This document shows positions 22,735 through 35,408 of a stretch of DNA of 47,284 nucleotides, one piece after another (positions within the stretch are counted from its first letter, which is position 1; each line of letters begins with the position of its first letter). This DNA is from Pelomyxa schiedti (taxonomy: Eukaryota > Protista > Evosea). The position numbers and the translations under genes are program-made. A model generated the notes under the pieces. It was not told where the DNA came from. It made no database searches and saw only the letters and a program-made list of their open reading frames with translations. The DNA is taken from positions 1 to 47,284 of the forward strand of contig JAHLWZ010000776.1 in the NCBI GenBank assembly GCA_020536535.1, written 5' to 3'.

Positions 22735-25700
22735 TTACAAGCAAGCATTTGAAGGCGAGAAACGACGGCACCCAGTGTGCACTGTATAAATACAGTCTGA
22801 AATAAAATGAAATGCTCTAGTTAGACTAAAGCTACACTTAACAGACTTACTTTTGCACTTAAGAGCTTCTTTGGTTATGGGTTGGGCACATTCCACGCAA
22901 AGAGTACTTGGCGTCACGCAATGAGGAAATAGTTGGTGACACTGAAAACCAGTTTCCCAGGCACATACTGTTCCAGAGGAAGAACCTGTCGATTTCACGT
23001 TAATTCAAATTAGTGGTGTTTTTATTTTTACCACTATACACTTGGAGTGAGGAGATTTCACTGAGTGGGTCGTGAGAGGAGACAGTGGTTAGAAATGTTA
23101 CTGGGCCATTGTGTGCATGAGGTGCAGTCATTCTAATAGTGTGTGTCTTGCTTGTGAGGTAAAAAAAACACCCGAAGATACAAAGGGGGGGTGCACCTAC
23201 CTCAGCATTACACTGTGCAAGGCTGCCGTCTGAGTAGCCAAGCCAAACTGAGTTGCCAGCAAGTGGGCTCAGAGCAAGAACACCAGGGGAATTGATGGTC
23301 TTAATGCAACAAAAGGTTGCTGGATCCCAGATGGAAATATGCCTATCATGTAAAGTCCACACATGGGTGCCAACAGACACAATTCCAATAACTGGTGTTT
23401 GCAGCTGATGATCTACTCCTTTCTTTTTCTTTTGTATCTGGAGGTTGTCAGTTAGGCATAAGGAGTAAATATTGCATAGCTACTTTAACTTCTACGTGAT
23501 AAAGATGATCAGAGTCAGTTCCTATCCAGAGCCAGCCATTATGCAGAACCATACACCTCACTTGCGTTTTGAATTCCAATGTTTTCACCAATTTTCCCTT
23601 TGAGGAATGAGCAGAATTCAATAGCATTGGGGCTGTACTTTGACTTTCCACACTTTAATTGTCTTATCAGCTGATAAACTGTACACATGATTGTCTATAC
23701 GCAGAAGTGCAAGAACAGGTCCTTTGTGTCCAGATAGAGAGGACCCATGTGACAACTATTTTGTGGTTGGAAAGTAAGTCAGGGGATGACATTTTGTACG
23801 TCTTTAAAAATAATGATGTCTGCTTGATCTGTGCCAAGCCATATGCTAGCATCCACAGGAAGAATGGCGTGAAGGGTAGAGTTCGAGTTGATTTGGAACT
23901 TCATTATGGTACTGCAGGCCTACAAATATTAAATCCGGACTGTAAACACGGGAAGTACTGACAGAAAGTGCTTTGATGATCCCCATTGTACATGCAACCC
24001 AAAGTGATGACATTGATACAGCAGCTATGCAGCTCACGTGAGATGAAAGCCGTGTCACAATTGTTGGCTGGGAAATGCCTGGCTAATCATGTTACAAATA
24101 GAACACAACCATGTTTGTACCTTGGAAGGCTCACTTGAAACAGATGAAGCGGGTTCTGTGTTCAAATTTTGGTTAGATGTTCTATCCTTCATAATACGTA
24201 CGAGTAAGTGGAGAGCCAACAGTTGAGGCTTGCAGTAAACTAAATCTTGTGGCTGATCCTAGTCTAGACTCTGCAAAAGGTGTTCATGGTTTAAAGGATA
24301 TTGGTAGGCAGGTACCTCTGGAAAAAGCTGAGAATAAACGAGATCGTGTCTAGGAGGAATCAGGAGTAATGCATAGAAAAATGGTACAACATTTATAGGC
24401 GATTCCAGTTGGGAACTTTGGGTGACCTTCTGCCCAGGTACTGATGAGCGTGTGTCTTGGTGAGGAAGCGACGCAGCCAAGGGTGTGAAACTGGTAGTGT
24501 TTGCCAATGGTGTGTCACTTCGGGAAATTGCTTGCAGTGTTGGTGGTTGCTCAGATGGAGGGGGAATATAGACTTGAATTTCTGTTGCTGCTTTGTGTGC
24601 TGCAACTGCTTCCTTGAAGAGCAAAGTGGTTGGAAATAAGGCAGGAAAAGTAAAATAAACTAAAGGAAAAACCTTAAGTTGGTGAAGGTGAGCTTCCAGA
24701 GATACTATACGATCCTGTGCAGCTGTGAATTCTGCCATTTTGGCCTTATGTTCAGAAAGAAGTGCCTCAATAGATGACTTGTCTATGCCTTCAACTAATG
24801 ATGTTGATTGAGATGAAATGTAATAACATATAACAAACTGGAGTTGTTGGCTGTATTAAGGTTTTCCTGGAGGTCAACCCTTTTTTGCATTAAAATTGCA
24901 AGTTTTTGCTCTTCTAGGGATAACTCTGTCTGAACGTTGTGAATTAGGATTTGAAAAGAATGTTTCATTTACCTGTGCTTGTGTTGCAGGCATAATAGTG
25001 GCATTTTTTATTACCCCATTCTCTATTGTGAATTGAACTCGACAGTCATGGTGGCCAGAGTAAGGCTTGACAAATTGAGACCAGAGGGCCACTTAAAAAT
25101 TATAACCTTGACATGCTTTATCTTCTCAATCAATCCCACCAGTGTTGCAGTAGTTTCTTGGTGTTCACTTTTGTACTGTTCTACCACTTTGTTAAGGTGA
25201 CTGGACTCCTGTCAGTTTGTTACTACCAAGTTATTCCTAAGGAGCTTGGTTACTTCATTCATTGCAGCTATTTCATGCATGAAATACTGTAACTTTTCCT
25301 CAAGCTCAAGCTTCTTTTTAGCATTTTGCTCTCTTTCAGCTTTTAATGCCTGGTACTACAATGTAAGTGCATGAACCAATCCAATAGGAAAGCATTCCGA
25401 AAATAACTACAAGGATTCACACACCCAAGCAAACTCCTTTATCCTTTGGTTCTTTTGTGCACACATCTGATGGCACCACAACAGTTGCATTTCCAACGAT
25501 CTGTCCCCGATATCTGCATTACCATTACCAACTTTTTGTTTAATTTTTTTTCCCCCTGTACCCTCCATGTCATATTCGCCGTCATCATCCTCATCACCTT
25601 CTTCTGCTTCTTCGTCTTCGTTTTCGTCTTCTTCCTCACTCTCACGGTCGTCGTTATCGACCCCACTTTGTGTTGACGCTGAAATCATCGTTGTCGTGGA

Positions 25701-25871
25701 GGAAGTAGAGGATGACGAGGACCAAGACTCCCCGCTGGTTGTTGGCCGCAGCGTGCCCTCAATTGTGGGACGGCATAGCGTTGGTGCCGCCTCGTTGTTC
25801 TCGGGTGGGTTGCCCACCACAGCCTCTTTCTCCTTGTTGTTGGCCTCTCGTTCAGACGACCCGCCGCTCAT
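22735..25871 (-). CDS. Acidic/coiled-coil + WD40-like beta-propeller + C-terminal C1 zinc-finger protein
   Basis: Acidic N-terminal exon (25407-25871) and heptad-rich exons. Propeller-like blades SLWVACTMGIIK, VRCMVLHNGWLWIGTD, SVWLGYSDGSL. C1 pattern HQLFPHCVTPSTLCVEC..LKC..C..TVHTGC ends at 22735. Confidence 0.6.
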
Positions 25872-26037
25872 TTACCATTCCGTTACTTTGTCGTTTAACG
25901 TAACGAGTGATGCTTGAATGACTGCTTCAGCGAGGATTGCCCACTCACTCGGTACATATGAGAGTACATGTGAGGGGTCGTTGCACTGAACAACCTCCCA
26001 CACAGACCGCAAGAGAGAACCGAAATCCAAAACGGTG

Positions 26038-27474
26038 ATGGGTGATCCGGCGGTTTTTGCGGCGCTGTTGTTGGTGTCTCTTGGGCTCGTTGGAGTGTAT
26101 GCCACAGTGGTGCCCACACGCCATTATGGGGGGTTACGTGCGGACGACGAGTGCTTTTCGACGTATCCCAACCAGTACGTAGCACGCAGGGTCACGTCCC
26201 CGCCAGTAATCGACGGTCTGCTTGACGACGACGCGTGGGCCGCGGCTCCTTGGTCCTCTTTGTTCGTTGACATTGCTGACTCTGACAAGGGTACCTTTTT
26301 TTTTTTTCGGCCCCTTATGAGGGGGAGACAATGTGACACAACTCTTTGTGCTTCTATGTTTGGTGAAATTCACCGAAGTAATATTTGGTTAATGTAGAGC
26401 CGTACTATGACACGCAAGCCAAGATACTTTGGGATGATGATTGCCTGTATGTTGGTATGCTACTTGAGGACCAACAGGCATGGGCCAACTTGACAGAGCA
26501 CAATAGTATCATCTTCTATGACAATGATATTGAGGTGCTTTTGTACCGTGATTTTTTCGTAGTGAAGGAACTCACTTTGCTCCCCAAGGTATTTGTTGAT
26601 CCCGATGGAGATACCCACTACTACAAAGAAATAGAATTTAACGCCAGGGCAGTAGACTGGAACCTCATTCTTGTCAAACCATACTTGAATGGTGGTCCAG
26701 CTGTCTGTAATGCCACCGTCGAGGTACACCCAATCTCCAATCAAAATCATCACAACTACAAACTTATCTCGAATCGTCGACCCCAAAACAACCCACCAAA
26801 CCACAAAATAGGGACAATGCTCTCTGTCCGCCCCCGAGTACGGAATTCAGTGGTGGGACGTGGAGAACTCCCTGAAGGCGGCCGCCCACGTCGAGGGGGC
26901 GCTCAACGACCCCGCGACCGGCACGCAGTGGTGGTCTCTCGAGGCCTGCCTGCCCGTCGCCGAGTACACCCGCTACGAGGCGGTGCCCAGCCCCCCGCAG
27001 CCCGGCGACCTCTGGCGCATCAACTTCAGCCGCGTCCAGTGGCACATACACGTAGACGCGGGCGGCTACTACGCCAAGGACCCGGGGGTCCCCGAGGAGA
27101 ACTGGGTGTGGCAGCCCACCGGCGTCGTCAACATGCACCTCCCGGAGCGCTGGGGCTACGTCCAGTTCGCCGGCTCCTCGGGGGACCCGGAGGAGGCCCG
27201 CGACCCGGCGTGGCCGGTCAGGGGGGCCCTGGCGGCCGTGTACGCGGCAGAGCAGGCCTACGGGTGCTTGTACGGGGTGGGCTACACTGAGGACGTGGGG
27301 AGCTTGGTGGAGAACGCCGGGCTTGGCGAGGACGTGGCCTCTGGGGTGTGTGCTGGGGTTCCTGCCATAGCGGTCACGGACCAAGGGGGCTTTGAGGTGC
27401 AAGTAAAGTCCCTGGATGGATCGTTGATTGGGACTATCGATGAGGAGAGGCTGACTACAATACAGAGTGTGTGA
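26038..27474 (+). CDS. Secreted carbohydrate-binding family 9-like (DOMON-like) protein
   Basis: Signal peptide MGDPAVFAALLLVSLGLVGVYA; PPVIDGLLDDDAWAAAPWS, AKILWDDDCLYVG, IFYDNDIEVFVDPDGD, YKEIEFNA, WRINFSRVQW, NWVWQPTGVVNMHLPERWGYVQF. Confidence 0.8.
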
Positions 27475-27595
27475 AAGTGAAGTGATAATGCAAGGTGGAT
27501 AAGTGGGGCATAAAGAAAAAACAACAATTCAGTTATGAGGTTATGTGCAATACAATTAGTTTTGGTGGGGAGGTAGGTGGATACATGGAGAGTAT

Positions 27596-29643
27596 TTAAT
27601 TGACTGCTCCCTCTTGTTGAACAGCCCCATCGGGGGTGACTGCTGGGCCCCAGTTGGCAAAAAATAGGAATAGCCAGCAGTGTAGGAAGATGACGTAGAT
27701 GACAACAAATAATCTGAACAGAGGGTTTCTCAAAAGCCTTGCGGCAATGGAACAGACATTGTCAAATGCTTGTGCCGGGCACACCAATAGCCCACATACA
27801 GGTCTCATCCAGGTAGGTAATTTACTGCTTACCACCAATTCCGATAGGGCCCAGCTTGACGATGGAGAATGAGGCTTTAGTCTTCCGCCGTAAGGATCAA
27901 TAGTTATGGAGACACTGTCTCCATCGCTAGGGGTTGCCTGAAGGGCACGAAGTTGTTCAGTGAGAGAGCGCACTTTGTTCTCTAGTGCTACTACATCTGA
28001 GGTTGAGTGTGTATGTTGCGAGGCGAGGGTTTTAGCAGTTATTTGTCTCTTCAGTGAAGTAACTTTGGATTGAGACTCTGCAAGCTGTGAACGACACAGC
28101 TCTAACTCTCTCTTTGTTTTCTCCAGTTCAATGTTAGAGTTTGACCTCATTGCACACAGATCGTTTTCTAAAGTTGCTATTTGTGCTTCATATTTGAGTG
28201 CCACTAGTTTCTCGTTTTCTTTTGTATCAGATGTAATCTCTCTGGGTTGCTCGGAACACTTGGTGTTACTTTTTGCCTCTAGATTTGCTTTAAGACTCAC
28301 ATTCAGGGCATTTGTACGCAGTAGTTCCTCCTTTTGTGTTGCTAGGTCTGCATCCAATTCCATGAGCTTTTTTTGCAGAGCTCTTACACTTTGTTGTTGT
28401 GCTTCAGAATCAGCAGCACACTGCTCAGAATGCTGTAAAAATTTCATTTCTGCCTCATTTAATAGCTTCCTGAGGTCCTTGGTCTCAGCTGTACGGGTTT
28501 CCACCTCTTTTGCTTTATCTTCACACTCTTTATTGACTGCACTGAGAGCTGAAGAATATTCTGTTATTCCTGACTCGAGATTCGCAATTCTTTCATTTGC
28601 TTGACGTCGGGTTGTGGTGTGAGCCTCTTGCTCCTCACTCAAAAGTTTCTCAAGTTCCGCCTAATTTATGTTAGCAACATTCCCTTAGTAAGTATCCGTT
28701 GGGTACCTTCCTTTGCCCTAGTTCTTGAACAACTGAGTTTAAAGATGAAACCGAGGAATTTGCGGCAGCAAGTTGTTGTTCCTGATTAACAATTTGCGCT
28801 CCTAACGTTTCTACTCTGCTTTGAAGGGTGACTATGTCTCGAACCAATCGGCGGCCTTGAGCTTTTAGCCTCTTATTTTGCGTTTCTAATTGTTGCATAG
28901 GGTTGCTGGTAACATTTCTTGTGCTTGACGATGGGGGCAACGGTGTTGCACCAATCTGAGCGGTAACTGAAGGTTGGGTTGTCTCCTGTGAAGCAGAGCT
29001 ACCTGGAGTAAGTGAGAGAGGGACAGTAGCATCTCCCAGTGCTTTTCTGTCAAAGAAGGCGATTTTAAGTTTTAAATAACAATGACTTTGGCATACCCTT
29101 CAGTAGTGGCTTGACTAGGTTTATCGGGAGTTGCTGGAAGTAAAGTAGTTGTCCCAGTGGGTAGTGGTACAGCAGAATTTGCCACTGCGCCCACAACACT
29201 AGATGATGGGGATTTATCTTGTAGCGCCTCTGTGGATACCTCGCGAGTTGCTTGGGGTTTTGTGGGTGTGCTCTCAAGTGGTTGCTGTTCATTCGGTTTT
29301 TTGGGGGTTGGTGCTGGACCAGACTTCGCGGAATTTGCTTCCTCAGGACTCACGTCTGGATCGTCAACTTCTTCGTCGTACTCCGCGTCGTCCTCCAGTT
29401 CCGCGTCTTCTGCTTCGTCGTAGTCCTCCTCGTTGGAGTCGTCGGCGTCACCGTCAGCGTCGTCGTCTGTGGTCTTGTTACACGTCAGACAGAACGACAC
29501 GTAGACGCAGCAAATGAAAGAAGAATAAGGGGAAAAAAAAAACAAACAAACGCACTCACTTCATCTGGTTTCTTCGTAAGTGTGGACACAGTCCCGTCCA
29601 CCTTCTCCAGAAACGTCTCCATTTTCTTCAAGTACCACGACAT
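27596..29643 (-). CDS. GOLGA5: Golgin-84-like tail-anchored coiled-coil protein
   Basis: N-terminus MSWYLKKMETFLEKVD matches the golgin-84 MSW..AE.LL..VD signature. Long coiled coil, then C-terminal RNPLFRLFVVIYVIFLHCWLFLFF TM segment. Confidence 0.75.
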
Positions 29644-29883
29644 GCCTGATGACTCCCCAAAGAATTATTAGTGTCTTCTGCCGGAAACTCGCAGTATTAC
29701 AGACCTCAAGCTGAAGAGCAGGGCATTGCTGTTATTCCCCCACCCTGGTTTTGTTGCTTGTCACAATGTGCCAGTGTTTCGCAGCTGAGAACGTTCAGAT
29801 CTTCTCTCTAAGATCTGATTCTCAAAATAAAAGAAGCCTTTTCAACGGGTATTTCTTTCACAAACACACACAAGACAAAAAAA

Positions 29884-31048
29884 ATGATGCGGAGAAGGCC
29901 AGGGCGAACGTACTACCTCGGTGTCAATGACAACCACATGATCGTCAGTTTTCCGGTGTTGGAGGAAGAGGGGGAAGGTAGTGCCGCCAGCGATGAGAGT
30001 GCGTCTGAGGGCGGTCCGGTTTTCGACGACGACTACGAGATCTTGGACGGCGCTGATTATGAGGCCGGCTTAGTGGAGAGAGCGTTGGTAGATACGGGAT
30101 CTCCGCTGTCGTTGTCCACAGCGGGGCCGATCGTTTTACTCGGCCAATCGTACACTGTTTCAGAGACCGGCTTGGTGTCGCTGAAACAACTCAACGATAG
30201 TCTGTGGTTTTTTTTTTTTTTTTTGTTTACATTTTGTTTGTCCCTCCCTACTTTCCTACTTGCTTCCTCCTTTCCCTTCTTCTCAACGTGCTCTCAAAGT
30301 TTGAAATTGTTCCTACCTTCTCCCTTTGTTTGCAGCCGTACCTGGACGACCATTCAAATGGTTTTTGGGAATGGATCTCATGTGGGACTTTGTGGTAACC
30401 ATCAACTGGAGTGCTCACAAGTTCAGCCTTTCATCGGCTTCATCTGCCGCTACAAGCAGAAGCGGAAGAGCGGCTGTGTGGAGACCCCCTACAGGTTCCG
30501 ATGTTGTTAAATTGGGCACGATGTATCGGGGTGGACCCCCAATTATCGCACAGATTCAGCTGCCCGCCACTTCGCATGAGTGCACTGCAATTGTAGACAC
30601 CGGTGCGAAAGTAAGTTACTGCAAAGCAAGCTTACTTGATGCCGGTGGTTACGACATTTGCCCAAATGAAAGGGCCACAGATTTTTATCCTGGTTTGAAT
30701 GCACCCGTCCTTTCAAATAATACAATAACCTTTGAATGGGCATTAATAATCCAAATTCAGGCTTTGGAAAATGGACTACAGAATTGTATCAAACTCCCGT
30801 AATTGTAGGCCAACAAGTTATTGTGGTCAAATTCGGCAAACTTCCAAGTATCAACAAAAACAATAAAATATGTAACAAAGGGGAGGGAGAAACCCCAAGC
30901 CATCACAAAAATCCAACCACTCCAAACAGAGGAACTTGATGCTGTTATGTTTATGATGTCCGATGTAGTTCTTGGCAGTGATTTGTTTGCACAAACAACT
31001 GAAGTTGGTTTCAACTTTCAAGCAAAAACCATGTGGATCATACCCTAA
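29884..31048 (+). CDS. Two-domain retropepsin-like aspartic protease
   Basis: LVDTGS (30091) with downstream FLGMD, and IVDTGA (30596) with downstream VLGSD. Introns are present; no signal peptide. Confidence 0.72.
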
Positions 31049-31363
31049 AAGCTCGCTGTTAAATTATTAGAAACCATCAAACCTCTTTTTTTACTTGCAC
31101 CTGAAGTGGGTTGGGTTTGGATAGTGACTGGGGTGTTGTTGTTTTACTTGTGCAGTAAGGGAGAAAGAAGCCCAAATTCAAACACAAGAGTTGATTGTTT
31201 CTTAATTAATAATGGCTTATTGCTTGAGTAACTACAATGGCGTTGTTCCCGGCCGATAAAGGCACTAGAATCAGTTCTATAGCCTGAATCTCCCTCAGGT
31301 CCCAACAGATTCGTGGTAGGTACGCGAAGTCGCCTCGCCACACGGAAGTTCTTTGCGGACAGT

Positions 31364-33089
31364 ATGTCTTCGTCAACAGCAGCAACCAAGGACCGGTCAC
31401 GCTTGTGCTCGTTCTACATTGTGGGAAAACACCGCCCCTGCTCATTACAACGGACCCGTGGGTCGGAATTTTGTGCAATTCACTCATCAACCCAAGGCCC
31501 TGGAACAAGAATCCCCTGCCCAATTGACTCCTCTCAGTTTGTACTTTGTTGGCATTTTTCCGTTGCTTCTGACCTTTTTGCTATGAAGTACTGTTTTGGC
31601 GAGTAAGATTGAATCCCACTTGAAAAAGTGTAGCACAAAAGCAAAAAATAACGCTCAGAAACCTCCCTATTTTGGCTTGGATGCCAATATCGATCCAGGT
31701 ACAAAGCTATGCTGCATAAAATACCTGGATAATTTATCCCTCTTCTCTATATAGCTCAGGAATTAGCCCCTAGTCCAGTTTGTACTGAAGCCTGTGTGGT
31801 GGAAAAAGTTGTTAACCTATGGCACCACATGTGGGACCCAAATTTTTCTCAGAGTGGTGATGGAATAGGCCTGAACGCGATGGGGCTAAGGCTAAGTCAA
31901 TCTAGTCACAGGCTGTAAGTTTTCGTTTTCTCAACTTTCCCTCCAGCTGACTCAAATAAGTGTTTGTTCCGCTCTTTTTCCAGGATTTCACAGAAGCATT
32001 GGCCCCAAATTGTATCCATGCTTGCACATATGGAGAACCTTGGAGCCTTTACACCACCAAATGCTGAAGCCCACTCAACAACAGCTTCCAGTGCCCACTC
32101 TTGTAGTTTAGTTGATTCTTTTGTTGAATATGGCGCTGGGAAGGCGCACTTAACCAGAGTCCTTTCGCACCTTGTAGCAAAGGAGACTTCCAGATTTTTC
32201 ATTGTAGACCGCAAGAGCTTTCGATACTCTGTTCGTTCTGTATCAAAAATACTCCTACTTATTTCAACTAGGCTGAGAAATATGATGACCTTGCTGGGTT
32301 TCATGTAACTAGACTAAAAGTTGATATTAAGGATCTTGTTCTCCACCAAGTAGAGGATAACTCTTTACTGAATTGCAACAAATTGATCGTTTACGGGAAG
32401 CATGTTTGTGGTGCAGCAACTGATATGACACTAAGGTTTCTATGAACCTTTTTTTGCGTTTAATATGTACCCAGGTCCATTTTTGCTGCTCTTCCAAAAT
32501 TAGGTATGCTGTTTCTCCTTTTTTTTCTTTAATTACTTATTTCCCAAAAGCTTTCCATAAAATAATTATTGTCATTGCACTGTGTTGTTATCATGCTTGC
32601 TCCTGGAGAGCTTATATAAGTACTGCTTTCTCAACTCGGACTTGATTGTTATACTAACCGTAGATAGACAAACCCTTTTTAGTTGAACATGAATTGTCAG
32701 AGCAGGACTTCTCGTGCATGTGTTCCATGTCAAGGTCTTACCCACCATTACCGAAACTCTTACAAACCACCTAGTGCAGTTGGTATGTGTGCGGAATGTC
32801 ACACAACCACCAGAATTCAGCAGCCCTATCACCCACAACGACACTCCCCCCTACTGAGGAAACAACCACCCTCTTGCCGCCAACGGACTCAACAACTTGT
32901 TCAACACAGGAAACAACAGGTCACTCTGGCCAATACAGCAAACCCCAAATTGGCCTTATGGCACGCCAAGTTCTCCTTGCTGGCCGAATCAAAGCACTTA
33001 TGTCTCATGGATTCAGTAACGCCCATGTCTGCCAATATGTTTCCTACTCTGTCACACCAGAGAATACTCTCCTTCTTGCTTCCCTGTAA
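31364..33089 (+). CDS. TRM13: tRNA:m4X modification enzyme TRM13
   Basis: N-terminal Zn fingers CSFYIVGKHRPC..FCAIH and IPCPID; FVEYGAGKAHL; FFIVDR; DIKDL; GKHVCGAATD; IALCCYH; C-terminal VTPENTLL. Confidence 0.93.
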
Positions 33090-33214
33090 CCGCACCAAAC
33101 GAAACTGGGAAAAAAAAAAGAATAACAAAAATCGTTTCTTCGTTGAGGGTTTTGGCCCAACACAATGAATGCCGCGAAAATTAGGAATACAACTTTGCTC
33201 ACGTTGCCACGAGT

Positions 33215-34091
33215 TCAGCAACACCTACAAGAGAAAGAGAAAGAAAATTAACTGGGTGAAGAGTGGATTCTCACTATACCTTCTTCCTTTATGGACGTTA
33301 TCGTCCAGCCGGATGAGGCCATCACCTGACCCAGGAGCACCACTTGATAATGGCGTAGCGGGCTTGGTGCACGCATCCAAGATACTGGTGACAGTAATGC
33401 CAAACATATTCGCAACAGACTGGGCATCATTTGCACATGTTTCCACGAATGGCATCACTTTTTCTTTGGCTAGGTCATTGCCCCACTCTGTTGGGACTTT
33501 TCTTTGTTCTGTTAAGTCACATTTGTTGCCAACCAGAATGTAGGTTGCGTCGGGGCAATAGTGTGTTGCCTCTGCAATCCAGTTTTTGAGGCTGTAGAAT
33601 GACTAGGTTTTGGTGTGTTTTGTTTGGTGTAGATTTTTTTTAGTGCCATGCTCTCGTCTGGGAAAAGGAATACTATACCTCTTGATTTGTTACGTCATAT
33701 ACCAAAATGATTGTTTGTGTTCCGCGGTAAAATGTGCTAGTTAAGGCCTTGTGGGATTCTTGGCCAGCTGAAAATGACTTAGTGGTTAGCCTATTTTAGA
33801 GTATAACCAACCTGTATCAAAAATATTAAGCATTACCCGTTTTCCTCTTTCGGATACCAACTTACTTTTCGCCTCCTCACCAGGAGGTAAAGTACTGTGC
33901 CCCTTGGCTTTCCATTCTGGCTCAGTCCAACTAGAGGCCAAGTGGGTGTGCATTAGTGCATTGGGGAGAAAAAAAAAAGAAAAATCCTGTGTGTATTACC
34001 TCAACAACAAAGATGTTTTGCCCACTCCCACATCCCCAAGAAGGAGAACTTTGGCAGAATAGTCGTACTCAAAAGGAGCCTTCTTCGGCAT
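33215..34091 (-). CDS. Rab-family small GTPase with divergent switch I
   Basis: MPKKAPFEYDYSAKVLLLGDVGVGKT, FDT|AGQE, FYRG, LVYDVTN, LVGNKCDL, FVETCA. The spliced C-terminus ends RRCC-TGA (geranylgeranylation motif). Confidence 0.9.
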
Positions 34092-34503
34092 GAGTTAAAA
34101 GGGTGTCACCGCCTCACGGAAGTTTTTTTTTTGTTTTTTTTTCGTTGGAAGCGAAAAACAAAAAGCGGTAACGCGGAAAGTTAATGAACTGCCCGACTTC
34201 ATCACTGGTGATGCGATCTCACCACTGGGAGTTCACGTAACACCAGAATAGGGTCTGTGTCTTATGCCCGACCGCTCCTCATTAGAGGGCCCTTGATTTC
34301 CCGTTTCCTTCGCAGCAACGAGGAAAAAAAAAACTGTGAAAGTATGGTGGTTTGCAGGGTTTTCCACCGCGGGATAAAAGGAGTTTAAGAAGAAAAACAG
34401 AACATAAGCAGGTAGGTAAGTAAATATGGCAGAGAGTTTCTCTCGTTGGGGTTTTTTAATTCCTCTTCTTTTTGTTTTTAATTTGTTTGGAATCGCCAGT
34501 GAT

Positions 34504-35103
34504 TTAGGACTTGTGGAGGATGGCCTCGACAGCAACCTTGTCGATTTCAGAAGCATCGGTGGCCTGAAGCTCAGCACCAACACCAACCAAGCTCTTGCGG
34601 AGTGCGGCCTTGCTGCGGAACGTGTTAGTTCATTTGGTACAGAGCAAGTGTATTAATTTAATAACACAATACAAAATATTAACAAGGATAAATGCTACAA
34701 ATAAAAGCCTACCTGGCGGTAATGAGGGTCTTTCTCTTGACTGGGGCAGTGTCTGGGGCCCAGAGGACGAAGACGAGCTAATAAAACGTGAATTCGAAAA
34801 ACACGAAAGAACGACACGGCAAAAAATGCAAAATACGAAAAGAAAAAAAAAACAAACCTTGGATCGATCGCCCTCGCCACCGCCAAGGGTGTAGTCGTAG
34901 TCGAACACGGCGTAGCGAACGTCGTTGGCGGGGAGCTTAGCGGTGAATTGTTCCCATGTCTCGGGTCTCTCGCCGGTGCTCTCGACGATAATTGTCTTGA
35001 GATCTGGGGTGAAGGTGAGGATCATGTGCCTCTTGTTGTGTCTCAGTTTGAGCTCGTTGTAGACAGACACGACATCGTCATGGATCGCGACTCCGGAGGC
35101 CAT
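34504..35103 (-). CDS. Actin-depolymerising factor / cofilin
   Basis: MASGVAIHDD..YNELKL..RYAVFDYDY..RSK|LVFVLWAPDTAPVKRK..|SKAALRKSLVGV..ELQATDASEID; three exons. Confidence 0.95.
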
Positions 35104-35408
35104 TTCGGTACGAGGTTTTGGTTTTTTTTGTAGTTTGTGACCTTTTGTTTTTTTTCCCGTATCCAGGCTTTTTCGCCGGGGGTTTTCATCGTGACGTAAA
35201 GTTGAATTGCAGCAATTAGACATGGTATAGAACTCCCTTTCTATTCCCTTGGCAGCTCTGGCCGTGCTAGTCCTCCTCCAGGTTTTGTTTTAAGATGCCA
35301 AGAGTGACAGTAATTCCCTGCTCTTTCTCCATCTCTTCAAGGAAGCTTCCATGTCAACATCTCACACCAGAAATTAAAAAAAAGCAACATCTCATCAATC
35401 AAACACGA

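Noticed and set aside
34426-34656. Plus-strand ORF with a signal-peptide-like start
   Set aside because: Antisense to the last cofilin exon and the adjacent poly-T region.
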